Assembly (NCBI GenBank): GCA_946500425.1
Contig: CAMMVQ010000002.1
Span: 5,718-69,717, forward strand
DNA: 64,000 nucleotides
Origin: an uncultured Mollicutes bacterium
GTDB taxonomy: Bacteria; Bacillota_I; Bacilli_A; RF39; UBA660
Reading direction: 5' to 3'
Below the pieces are notes generated by a model. The model saw only the letters and a list, made by a program, of their open reading frames with translations, was not told where the DNA came from and made no database searches. Positions 1-10,634 of the stretch are shown here, in pieces (position 1 is the stretch's first letter; every line of letters begins with the position of its first letter). The position numbers and the translations under genes are program-made.

Positions 1-1831
1 TGTCACTTTGTTCAAGTTGGTTTCTAATAAGAATATTAGCAGCAAGCTTAATTAATTTATCTCCTTCTTCATGACCGTAAACATCATTTATATGTCTTAA
101 ATTATTTAAATTAATTACTATAATAGCTTGAGGATATATAACATTATCTTCCCACTTTTTAAAGTTTTTATTCAAATAATTACGGTTTTTTAATGAGGTA
201 AGTGGGTCTACGTACCTGATTGTTTCCTCTCTTTTTGTTTTTCTCTTAGCCTTTAACTTTTTCTTGGTTAACAACCAAATAACAAGTAAAATAATGACTA
301 TACCAATTACGTACAAGAAATTATAACTTATTTCTTTAGAGTCAATACCATACTCTTTCCATGCAACGTTATATAATTGTTTATAATTAATCATCTCCAT
401 GTAATTAGTAAACAAAGTCTTAAACGTTGCGTTTTCATTACTATCTTTTATTATGTAACCATACTCCAAATTTTCTTTATCGTTATAGATAACCCTATAA
501 TCGGCAAGTTCAGTATCATTATACATTTCATAAACGTTTTTATCCAAGACGATAATGCTATCTTCATTTATTGAACCGATTAATGAACTTACGTTGTCAT
601 AGGTTTTAACCTTGGCCTTTCCTTCTTTCTGCAAGTATTTAGCAAGGGTACTATTAGTTGTAATAACTTCTTTACCATTTAATGATTTCACGGAATTTAC
701 CACGACGTCAGTATTTTTGTTATTAATTAAAACAACGTACTCTTCATCATAAGGAGAAATGGTTTTAGCATAATTTCCACTTAAACCAGAATAATTATAA
801 TAATTAGGAGCAACATCAACCTTACCATCATTTAAAGCTTTAGTAAGTTCATCTACTGTTTTATACTTTCTAATCGTAAATGAAGCTCCAGACATCTTAC
901 TAAACCCGTCAATATAAGTACTGTCCAATCCAATTAGTTTATTATTAATGGTGTTAGTATAAGGCTCGTTTTCCAAATAACCAAATACATATTTCTTTCC
1001 TAAAAAATCAGCCTTTGACTTTTCAGAAATATTTTCTTTTTCCATTAAAACGTTAATTAACGAATCATTATATTCCTTTTCTAAGTTATTGTTTTTATAC
1101 TTTATAAAGCTTTTGTTAACAATGCTCTTTAAATTTTCATCAAGGTTTTTAGTAGTTCTTAAAACATAAGCTTCCCTAAGTTCAGTTATGTTATAAACAA
1201 CGTGATAATCATTTTCTAAAATGATTGATAAATACCTAGTTTTTGGTACCGCTATATAATCTACGTTTCCGTCTTTTAACGCCGTAGTAAGCTCATTAGC
1301 ATCTTGATACGTACTATACGTTATTCCGTCTTGGGTAGAAACGTAATTACTAACATCTGATAAATCATCGGTTATAACCCCGATTTTTTTATCTTTTATG
1401 TTGGTAGGATCAGTTATTTTTTTGCTTTCTTTAGATACCAAAACATAGTAGTCCCTTAAAAATACCATGTCATCGTCCGTTAACTCATCAACGTCTTTTC
1501 TTTTAACCACTTCAAAATATAAATCATTTTCTTCTGTATCCGAAAAAGCGTCATAGGAAATTAAATTAAAAGATAAACCCGTATCTTCTTCTAACTTACT
1601 AACAAAACTAAAGAAAACACCTTCTCCATTACTACTAAAAGCCGGAATATTATTAGCGATTGATACGTTTATAACTTCCTTTTTATTATTTTCTATCCAT
1701 TTTTTCTCAGATAAGTTAAGTTTAGTATTAACCCCAGACCTATTACTAAAGCCTATAAGAATCACTAATACAGCAACTAATATGACAATTATTAAAGCAA
1801 CTAACCACCTATTATTTTTTTTCTTTCTCAT
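1..1831 (-). CDS. Membrane-bound diguanylate cyclase (GGDEF) with signal-anchor and two tandem extracytoplasmic solute-binding-protein-like domains; C-terminus runs off the window
   Basis: Minus-strand frame is open from ATG 1831-1829 (SD GAAGGTG 5 nt upstream) to the window edge. The ORF track omits it because it is truncated. My translation starts MRKKKNNRWLVALIIVILVAVLVIL and has a second TM (FLYVIGIVIILLVIWLL). It then reads LTSLKNRNYL...INLNNLRHINDVYGHEEGDKLIKLAANIL, the RxINDxxGHxxGDxxL segment of GGDEF domains. Confidence 0.8.
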   Translation of the reverse strand, partial: MRKKKNNRWLVALIIVILVAVLVILIGFSNRSGVNTKLNLSEKKWIENNKKEVINVSIANNIPAFSSNGEGVFFSFVSKLEEDTGLSFNLISYDAFSDTEENDLYFEVVKRKDVDELTDDDMVFLRDYYVLVSKESKKITDPTNIKDKKIGVITDDLSDVSNYVSTQDGITYSTYQDANELTTALKDGNVDYIAVPKTRYLSIILENDYHVVYNITELREAYVLRTTKNLDENLKSIVNKSFIKYKNNNLEKEYNDSLINVLMEKENISEKSKADFLGKKYVFGYLENEPYTNTINNKLIGLDSTYIDGFSKMSGASFTIRKYKTVDELTKALNDGKVDVAPNYYNYSGLSGNYAKTISPYDEEYVVLINNKNTDVVVNSVKSLNGKEVITTNSTLAKYLQKEGKAKVKTYDNVSSLIGSINEDSIIVLDKNVYEMYNDTELADYRVIYNDKENLEYGYIIKDSNENATFKTLFTNYMEMINYKQLYNVAWKEYGIDSKEISYNFLYVIGIVIILLVIWLLTKKKLKAKRKTKREETIRYVDPLTSLKNRNYLNKNFKKWEDNVIYPQAIIVINLNNLRHINDVYGHEEGDKLIKLAANILIRNQLEQSD

Positions 1832-1842
1832 TTTAACACCTT

Positions 1843-2313
1843 CTAAACAACATCAAATGATATATCTGTTTTACTCTTATGCTTATATCCAATTACCGGA
1901 TACTTAGTTTCTCCGTTTTGACTTTGAATAGCATAAAAAGTAACATCATAGTATCCTTTTACTTTTTCGCTTAAAAATCCAGTCATTTCGTTAAACCTAG
2001 CCTTTATATCATCCGTTGATACTCCTTCTTCAAAGGTAGCAAAAACCTTAATAAGTCTGCCCTTTACGTTTACCTCCGCCTTACTTATGCCGGCAAGAGA
2101 AGAAATCTTACTTTGAAATTCCTTTTTATCATCATCGGTTAATTCATTTTGCTCAATGTCCATTAACCTTACTCCATAAGTTGCCTTTTCAGAATCAGAA
2201 TAGAACAACGATTTAAATAATATCAAAAAAACAATTAAAATTACTAATATTACTACTCCTATAATTATTTGTTTTTTATACTTTTTCATAAACTTTTTTA
2301 TCTTTGGTAGCAT
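1843..2313 (-). CDS. Hypothetical membrane-anchored protein (single N-terminal TM)
   Basis: 156-aa ORF with SD AGGAGG 7 nt before the ATG. Basic N-terminus followed by the TM segment IIIGVVILVILIVFLILF. No family recognised. Confidence 0.6.
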   Translation of the reverse strand: MLPKIKKFMKKYKKQIIIGVVILVILIVFLILFKSLFYSDSEKATYGVRLMDIEQNELTDDDKKEFQSKISSLAGISKAEVNVKGRLIKVFATFEEGVSTDDIKARFNEMTGFLSEKVKGYYDVTFYAIQSQNGETKYPVIGYKHKSKTDISFDVV

Positions 2314-2444
2314 TAACTCGCCTCCTATACGATAAATATTATACTATAAATTATGTTTATTTTCCACTTTAATTAATTTTTTATTTTAAAATCTATTTTT
2401 AACATAAAAAAATATGAACATAAGCTCATATCTTTAAACTAAAA

Positions 2445-2639
2445 TTAACGTCTGTTTTTCGTTAGTATAAATCCTACTAAACCAACGATTATTATAATCA
2501 TTCCAACGATTAGTATTCCACCATTACTTTCTTTACCTGCTGTAGCTTCTTTGGCGATAGATAAATTCATAAAAATATCATTAAATTTAGTATACAAAAT
2601 ATTAGTAAAACCGTTATTTGCAGTAATATTTTTAACCAT
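2445..2639 (-). CDS. Hypothetical 64-aa tail-anchored mini-protein
   Basis: Its ATG overlaps the upstream stop (TAATG). The C-terminus is GGILIVGMIIIIVGLVGFILTKNRR, a hydrophobic helix with a basic tail. There is no N-terminal signal peptide. Confidence 0.4.
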   Translation of the reverse strand: MVKNITANNGFTNILYTKFNDIFMNLSIAKEATAGKESNGGILIVGMIIIIVGLVGFILTKNRR

Positions 2640-3358
2640 TATTTTTCCCCCTTATGTTCATCATCATAAATTAATTTATTGTTTTCTTGTGCCTGTTTAT
2701 TTTCCTTATCCAAAGTAAAATAAATCATGTACATAACAAAGGTTTCTACTGCAATTATTAATAATAATTTAGGATCATATGACTGAAGCACTGACATGCA
2801 TACCCCTCCTACTATAAAAGCAAAAAACGGAGAGCATTTTCCACTGTTTGAAGTTTTATAATTTTTAAACATATAAAACATTCCAAAGGCTAAACACGCA
2901 AATGAAAAGTAATTAACAAAGTCAATCGCAGGCCCATAAGAATATATTTCCTTTAAATTATGATTAACTGGTAAGAAAATAACTATTATGGATGAAATTA
3001 TAAAGGCAATTACTGAAACCGTAATAGCTTTTTTCTTTACCTTGTTAATTTCCTTTTTGCTCTTATTCTTTTCATTAAATAAAGTTGCGTAAATATATAA
3101 AGTAAACGTGATAATCCAAGCAAGTAAACACATTAAGAACACTCTAGACATAATTAGTAACGGAATCGTTATTTCCTTTTGACTAACCGCTATATAATTA
3201 TATATGATGTCCGCGACTATGCCCAAGAAGTTAACCACCATCAAAACTTTAAACGCTTTATTATTGTTAGTTTTTGGTAATTTTTGCCGGCTTACGACAT
3301 AAATTAGCATAATACTATAAAACAGACTACAAATTGAAAAGTATATCGTATAATTCAA
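2639..3358 (-). CDS. Hypothetical polytopic membrane protein (about 6-7 TM)
   Basis: 239-aa ORF with a TTG start preceded by GAGGTGA. Hydrophobic throughout. No family recognised. Confidence 0.6.
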   Translation of the reverse strand: MNYTIYFSICSLFYSIMLIYVVSRQKLPKTNNNKAFKVLMVVNFLGIVADIIYNYIAVSQKEITIPLLIMSRVFLMCLLAWIITFTLYIYATLFNEKNKSKKEINKVKKKAITVSVIAFIISSIIVIFLPVNHNLKEIYSYGPAIDFVNYFSFACLAFGMFYMFKNYKTSNSGKCSPFFAFIVGGVCMSVLQSYDPKLLLIIAVETFVMYMIYFTLDKENKQAQENNKLIYDDEHKGEK

Positions 3359-3429
3359 AATAAATCACCTCTATTTAAATTATAATATATTTTACAAAAA
3401 GAGAAAGTAAAATGTATCATTGTTTACAC

Positions 3430-5457
3430 TTACTTTCCATGTTTTAATAATATTTTTCTTCCTTTTTCTTCTGGTTTATATAATAAATCATTAACCTTAT
3501 CTGATGCAATTAAGTACCTATCAGCTTTTAATCCCGCTGTTTCAGGAATGTATGATAAATGGTATATTTCAGTTACTTTTTTCAATTCCTCTGGAAGAAT
3601 TTCCATGATTTCATCATGTGCATCAGCGTTTTCGTTTTCCTCGTAAGTAGTATAACAAACCCTTATTATTTTATCATTATGATTTGATTTTACTACATAA
3701 CCATACTTAACGCTAGGGCAAGTATTTATTAATTCTTCTAGTTCAAACGGAGATATTTTCTTACCATTAACTAAAATCATATCACTTCTTCTACCCGCAA
3801 CCGTAAGAAGTCCATCTTCATCAATGAAACCATAATCTCCCAAATCTACCCCGTACTCATTTTGCTTTAATTCAACACCATCATTCGCATATCCGGCACA
3901 AGGGCTTACAGAATCGTAGTAAACGATTCCTTTTTCATTATATCCACACTCATTACCATTTTCATCTATTATATGACAATTATTACCTTTCATTATTTGT
4001 CCTGAAGTACCTGGTTTATTTACGTCCAACGTATTAGTCGAGAAAGTAACCCCAAGCTCAGTACCGCCAGAACCCAAAATTACTTTTCCTTTAAAGCCTT
4101 GTTTTTCAAGCTTTTCTTGTACCATTTCAATAAACTTTGGAATGGCTCCATCTCCACCCACGGTAGCCATTTTAAAGTTGCTCAAGTCCAAAGTCTTAAA
4201 TTCAGGTGAATCAACCACGTGTTGCCATGCAATTGGAGGCATAGTAAGGCCTTGAATGTTAAATCTTTTTATTAACTTTACTAAATCACCGGAAGTGAAT
4301 TTTGGAACCAATACGTTACAAGCAGCATTGGCAAGCCCGACGTGCATCGTAAACTCACCATACGCCTTACCACAAACCGGTAAACACTGCAAGAACCTTA
4401 CCCCCTTTTCAAGTCCAACGTTTACCTGTTCATATTGATGAGCCCTTGTATTAAAGGTGTCCTCGGTAAGTAATACTGCTTTAGGCTTTCCGGTAGTGCC
4501 TGAAGTATACTGAACAGAATTAACTTTTTTTGCGTCATACACTGGTGTTTCATAATTTATGCCTTTAGTTCTTTCAAAATCCTTAAACGTTCCGTACCCA
4601 CTATTTTTTGGTCTAAAACCAGTTAATTTTTGTTTTATATCATAAGGAACTTTTAAAGTTGGTAACGATTCGAAAGGAGTAATTAAAAAAGCTTTATCTA
4701 ATTTAGTTTTATCAACTATTTTTCTTAAATCTTTATACCTACTATCCAAAACAAATGCTATTTTAGAATTCATCATGTTTAAACAATACTCTATTTCATC
4801 AGCACTGCTTAGCGGAAATATGTTATTACAAATTGCTCCTCTTTCTTTTACGGCCGCAAATATCTTCATCGTTTCTGGTGTATTAGGCAAACATAAACCA
4901 ACCGAATCGCCTTCTTTTACTCCTAAAGCCGCTAACTTCTTAGAGTATTCAATTACGTCACTGTCATACTCGCCATAACTGGTTTTAACTCCAAAATACT
5001 CAAGCGCAGTTAAACTCGGTTCAATGTTTTTGCTCCTTATAAAATCATTAGTTCTCATCATTGGAAATTCTTTAGCCAATTGTTCATCTGTATAGTGCCT
5101 GTTCCATATTTTTTCTATTGCCGGTTTTCTGTTTAATGCTATTTGGTTAATAACATCATTAACTTCGTTTACGTTATTTAAATCATCTACGAAAAACTGA
5201 TTTTGTGAATTTACTGATAAGCAGCTTCTATCACATATGACGTATGTTGAGGTTCCTATGCTTAAAGAACCAAAAATCTTTTTTATAACGTTAATATCAT
5301 TTGTTATAACTACGTTAACCTTTTCTTTTTTTACATAATCAATATCAAAACTATCTTCGCTAAAGTATTCTACGTCGTTATTAGCATTTAAATTTAACGC
5401 TATTAACTCAGGACTAGCCTTTTCCCCTAATTCTTTTTTTCCAATTGCAATCTTCAT
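3430..5457 (-). CDS. AMP-dependent synthetase/ligase (acyl-CoA synthetase-like) with an N-terminal extension of about 135 aa
   Basis: AMP-binding motif YTSGTTGKPKAV. Start re-set to MKIAIGKK (ATG 5457) because AGGAGGG lies 3 nt upstream. The track's longer start at 5532 overlaps a terminator. Confidence 0.85.
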   Translation of the reverse strand: MKIAIGKKELGEKASPELIALNLNANNDVEYFSEDSFDIDYVKKEKVNVVITNDINVIKKIFGSLSIGTSTYVICDRSCLSVNSQNQFFVDDLNNVNEVNDVINQIALNRKPAIEKIWNRHYTDEQLAKEFPMMRTNDFIRSKNIEPSLTALEYFGVKTSYGEYDSDVIEYSKKLAALGVKEGDSVGLCLPNTPETMKIFAAVKERGAICNNIFPLSSADEIEYCLNMMNSKIAFVLDSRYKDLRKIVDKTKLDKAFLITPFESLPTLKVPYDIKQKLTGFRPKNSGYGTFKDFERTKGINYETPVYDAKKVNSVQYTSGTTGKPKAVLLTEDTFNTRAHQYEQVNVGLEKGVRFLQCLPVCGKAYGEFTMHVGLANAACNVLVPKFTSGDLVKLIKRFNIQGLTMPPIAWQHVVDSPEFKTLDLSNFKMATVGGDGAIPKFIEMVQEKLEKQGFKGKVILGSGGTELGVTFSTNTLDVNKPGTSGQIMKGNNCHIIDENGNECGYNEKGIVYYDSVSPCAGYANDGVELKQNEYGVDLGDYGFIDEDGLLTVAGRRSDMILVNGKKISPFELEELINTCPSVKYGYVVKSNHNDKIIRVCYTTYEENENADAHDEIMEILPEELKKVTEIYHLSYIPETAGLKADRYLIASDKVNDLLYKPEEKGRKILLKHGK

Positions 5458-5488
5458 AAACCCTCCTATTTTTACTTTTAAAAGTAAA

Positions 5489-5514
5489 AAGGTTTTGTTT
5501 GCAAACAAAACCTT
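5489..5514 (-). terminator. Intrinsic terminator (perfect 26-nt palindrome) after ligA, lying inside the leader of the AMP-ligase gene
   Basis: AAGGTTTTGTTTGCAAACAAAACCTT gives an 11-bp stem and is followed on the minus strand by TTTACTTTT. Confidence 0.7.
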
Positions 5515-5574
5515 CCATCTTTGCCTGCACAATTGTTCCTGTACAAGCGAACTTAAAATACAAAAATCGTTTAT

Positions 5575-5602
5575 ATATTAACATACTTTCTGTATTTGTC
5601 AA
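5575..5602 (-). promoter_or_regulatory. Sigma-A-type promoter upstream of the AMP-ligase leader
   Basis: On the minus strand: TTGACA (5602-5597), 16-nt spacer, TGtTAATAT extended -10 (hexamer 5580-5575). Confidence 0.55.
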
Positions 5603-5626
5603 GTCTTGTTCATAGACAAACTATAA

Positions 5627-7669
<2,043 letters not shown>

Positions 7670-7964
7670 TTAATACTACACAATAAAAAAGTATGTAACT
7701 TCTTTCAATTACACACCTTGTTTATTTTTTCTATTTAATTTTTCTTTTAATTCTTTATGAAAATATAACATAACACATCACCTAAGATAATTTTAGACTA
7801 ATCATTCACAAAAGTCAAATAGTTGTGTATAATTAGTCTATTTTTTTAATTTTATCTACTTAAATCAAAATCATCTTCTTCAACAATTAAAATATTATTT
7901 CCTAATTTTAATTTAATATACTCATGTAAAGCTTTATAATTAAAAAACTAAGTAGCATTATTCA

Positions 7965-8993
7965 CTATTTAGCTTCTTTTTTATCAACTTTTTTTAATAT
8001 GCCGTGACTTTCGCGCACTTTATTTTCTATTTCTTCTTTTATCTTAGGATTATCCCTCAAAAAAGCCTTTGCGTTTTCTTTTCCTTGACCAATTTTCTCT
8101 CCCTTATAAGCGTACCACGCACCACTTTTATCTACGATTCCTATTTCTGAGGCCAAATCAAGCACCTCTGCTTCCCGTGAAACCCCTTGTCCGTACATAA
8201 TTTCAACAGCAGCGGTCTTAAACGGCGGAGCAACCTTGTTTTTAACAACCTTTACGTTTGTTTTATTACCAATTACGTTATCTCCATTTTTAATTTGTTC
8301 TCCGCGTCTTACGTCTAGTCTTATCGTTGAATAAAACTTAAGTGCCCTTCCGCCTGGAGTAGTCTCAGGATTACCAAATAACACGCCAACCTTTTCTCTT
8401 AACTGGTTAATAAATATTGCTATCGTATTAGTTTTGCTAATCGTACCAGACAACTTTCTTAAGGCTTGACTCATTAATCTTGCCTGTAATCCTACGTGTG
8501 AGTCTCCCATCTCACCTTCTATTTCTGCCTGTGGAACAAGGGCCGCAACCGAATCAATTACAACGATACTAATGGCCTCACTTTTAACCAAAGCATCGCA
8601 TATTTCTAAAGCTTGTTCTCCCGTATCCGGTTGAGACAATAAAAGCTCATTAATGTTAACCCCTAGATTCTTCGCGTAAACCGGGTCTAATGCGTGCTCC
8701 GCATCAATGAAAGCCGCTCTTCCTCCCGCTTTTTGCACCTCCGCAATTGCCTGCAATGCAAAGGTTGTTTTACCTGAAGATTCAGGTCCATAAATTTCTA
8801 TTATTCTTCCTTTTGGGTATCCCCCTACTCCCAAAGCTATATCCAAAGTAAGGGAGCCACTCGACACAACATCTATCTCGTTATGTGTTTCGTCACCAAG
8901 CTTCATTACTGATCCTTTACCAAATTGTTTTTCAATGTCCGCAAGAACTTGTTCTAAAGTTTTATCCTTGTCAGCTACAGCTGCTTTTGCCAT
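7965..8993 (-). CDS. recA: Recombinase RecA
   Basis: Walker [10 protein letters not shown]; near-canonical RecA sequence throughout ([20 protein letters not shown]). Confidence 0.98.
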   Translation of the reverse strand: MAKAAVADKDKTLEQVLADIEKQFGKGSVMKLGDETHNEIDVVSSGSLTLDIALGVGGYPKGRIIEIYGPESSGKTTFALQAIAEVQKAGGRAAFIDAEHALDPVYAKNLGVNINELLLSQPDTGEQALEICDALVKSEAISIVVIDSVAALVPQAEIEGEMGDSHVGLQARLMSQALRKLSGTISKTNTIAIFINQLREKVGVLFGNPETTPGGRALKFYSTIRLDVRRGEQIKNGDNVIGNKTNVKVVKNKVAPPFKTAAVEIMYGQGVSREAEVLDLASEIGIVDKSGAWYAYKGEKIGQGKENAKAFLRDNPKIKEEIENKVRESHGILKKVDKKEAK

Positions 8994-9024
8994 TTGTTAT
9001 CCTCCAATCATTAATTACAATACA

Positions 9025-9053
9025 ATTATATATGAAGAGAAAACAAAAATCAA
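9025..9053 (-). promoter_or_regulatory. Sigma-A-type promoter of recA
   Basis: On the minus strand: TTGATT (9053-9048), 17-nt spacer, TATAAT (9030-9025). Confidence 0.6.
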
Positions 9054-9062
9054 GTGTTTTTG

Positions 9063-9076
9063 CGAACAATTGTTTG
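9063..9076. promoter_or_regulatory. LexA (Cheo/SOS) box upstream of recA
   Basis: CGAACAATTGTTTG matches the Firmicute consensus CGAACN4GTTCG with one mismatch. It lies just upstream of the -35. Confidence 0.6.
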
Positions 9077-9124
9077 AATGTAGCTTTATTATTTATATAA
9101 AAAAAGCAATATTCCATTAACAAA

Positions 9125-9757
9125 TTAGGAATTTTGCTTATTTTCTTCTTCAGTTTGCATTTTTTCTTCGCGTGCAAAAAGAAGTTCTTTATTAGCCAAA
9201 TAGTATTGTACTCCCGAAATTACCGAGAATATCGTCGCAACCACGAGCAAGAAATCAGCGATGTCAACACCAAAAAGTTCAAACGGAAGATTATAACAAA
9301 GTGTTAAAAGTATTCCAACCATTAAAAACGCCGTTTTAATCTTACCAGATGAGATTGCCGCCACGACTTTTCCCTTGCTTGCCGCAAGCATTTTTATCGT
9401 GTCAACAACGGTGTCACGAAATATTATTATTACCGTTATTATCGGGGCAACGAAACCTTGCGCGGATAAAATTATTAAAGTTGAGTTAACTAACACCTTA
9501 TCCGCAATGGCATCTACCAATTTTCCAAAGTCGGTTACCATGTTATACTTTCTGGCGATGAATCCATCTAAAAAGTCGGTTGCCGAGGCAATGGCAAAAA
9601 TTATGGCCGCCACAAAGTACTTTGAATCAACCGTTATGGTGCCAATTAGTATTTTTGGAAATTCTACGTTTACCATGTAAAACGGAAAAAGTAAAACCGC
9701 AATTAAAACAACGGTTAAAAATATTCTAAACATCGTTAGTTTGTTAGCTACGTTCAT
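9125..9757 (-). CDS. pgsA: CDP-diacylglycerol--glycerol-3-phosphate 3-phosphatidyltransferase
   Basis: CDP-alcohol phosphatidyltransferase motif DFLDGFIARKYNMVTDFGKLVDAIADK, and synteny with recA. Confidence 0.9.
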   Translation of the reverse strand: MNVANKLTMFRIFLTVVLIAVLLFPFYMVNVEFPKILIGTITVDSKYFVAAIIFAIASATDFLDGFIARKYNMVTDFGKLVDAIADKVLVNSTLIILSAQGFVAPIITVIIIFRDTVVDTIKMLAASKGKVVAAISSGKIKTAFLMVGILLTLCYNLPFELFGVDIADFLLVVATIFSVISGVQYYLANKELLFAREEKMQTEEENKQNS

Positions 9758-9769
9758 AATACCACCCTC

Positions 9770-10249
9770 TTAATTCTCTAAATAAGTAATTTCGCTATTT
9801 TCATTTTTATCTGGATTAATGTATTCAGTAACAACTATATAGCCTATTAAAACAAGTAATAAAGCAATAATTAAAGAAACAATTATAGGAATAAGTTTAG
9901 ACTTAGGCCTTTCTTCTACCGTATAAGGCGACACCACCTTTTTTTCGCCCATTTTTTCTTTTTGTTTTTCCTTGCTTGCACGCTCAATTTCCTTTATTGG
10001 AATCTTCGAGGTTTCTTCAAAGAAAAACTCGTTAAACTCATCCATTATCCGTTCTTCATCAAGTCCTAAATACTTAGCATAATCACGGATAAAACACTTT
10101 AAATAAAAAACGTCTTTAAAAACCTTTAAATTACCTTGCTCAATGTTTTCTATCTGAGATACCCTTAAGTTAAGGTCTTCAGCAGCCTCTTCTACGCTTA
10201 CTCCATGCTCTTCCCTTGCTGCCTTTAACTCTTCACCAATCTCTTTCAA
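9770..10249 (-). CDS. rodZ: RodZ-like membrane-anchored HTH (XRE) protein
   Basis: Start re-set to TTG 10249 (MKEIGEELKAAREEHG) with AAAGGAG 8 nt upstream. Has an HTH, a basic linker and one TM (LIPIIVSLIIALLLVLIGYIVV). The rodZ-pgsA-recA synteny matches Bacillus. The track's 209-aa version runs into rnpB. Confidence 0.65.
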   Translation of the reverse strand: MKEIGEELKAAREEHGVSVEEAAEDLNLRVSQIENIEQGNLKVFKDVFYLKCFIRDYAKYLGLDEERIMDEFNEFFFEETSKIPIKEIERASKEKQKEKMGEKKVVSPYTVEERPKSKLIPIIVSLIIALLLVLIGYIVVTEYINPDKNENSEITYLEN

Positions 10250-10273
10250 AACATTCACTCCTTTATCATTAAT

Positions 10274-10634
10274 AATAGTTTTAATAAGCCACGTTCTGTA
10301 CCGCAAAGGCGGCCGTAAACATTTATCTATACGTATCGTATTCCTGGATTCGTTCGTTTCCTTCACCAGGATTCCCCTACCAATATTTGGGTTTCTCACT
10401 TGCGGGGTTTACCAACGTTCCACCTTACTTGTTTCCAAGTAAAATCGTCACTATGGCACTTTATGCCTAATAAAGCCATATTCAAAAAGAACTTAGGCTT
10501 ATTCGGCGCCGTTAGGCAAAGCCTACCAAAGGTTATTTATTCCCCTTGCACAAACACTACGTTCAATCACAGAAACGTGTGAGCGTGGACTTTCCTCTAC
10601 TAAAAAACTTAGCAGCGTTTACGTAAAAACTATT
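10274..10634 (-). ncRNA. rnpB: RNase P RNA, type B (Bacillus-type)
   Basis: The minus strand carries GAGGAAAGTCC (P4 5' strand), AAAGTGCCATAGTGACG, GGTAAACCCCGCAAGTGAGAAACCCAAATATTGGTAGGGGAA and TACAGAACGTGGCTTA. All are close to B. subtilis rnpB. The ends are inferred from a 9-bp P1 pairing, AATAGTTTT/AAAACTATT. Position next to gpsB matches B. subtilis. Confidence 0.93.

Noticed and set aside
2314-2444. A weak hairpin ATATGA-N8-TCATAT with an A7/T7 run, considered as a terminator after the 64-aa gene.
   Set aside because: The stem is only 6 AT-rich base pairs, which is not strong enough to call.
5414-5602. 62-aa minus-strand ORF spanning the ligA/AMP-ligase intergenic region.
   Set aside because: It begins inside the -10 of the predicted promoter, reads through the 26-nt palindromic terminator and the SD of the next gene, and has no SD of its own.
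9770-10582. The track's 209-aa version of the rodZ-like ORF (N-terminal 50 aa) and the 60-aa plus-strand ORF at 10400-10582.
   Set aside because: Both lie across the RNase P RNA (conserved P4 and other blocks). A TTG start with a good SD at 10249 gives a sensible HTH protein.
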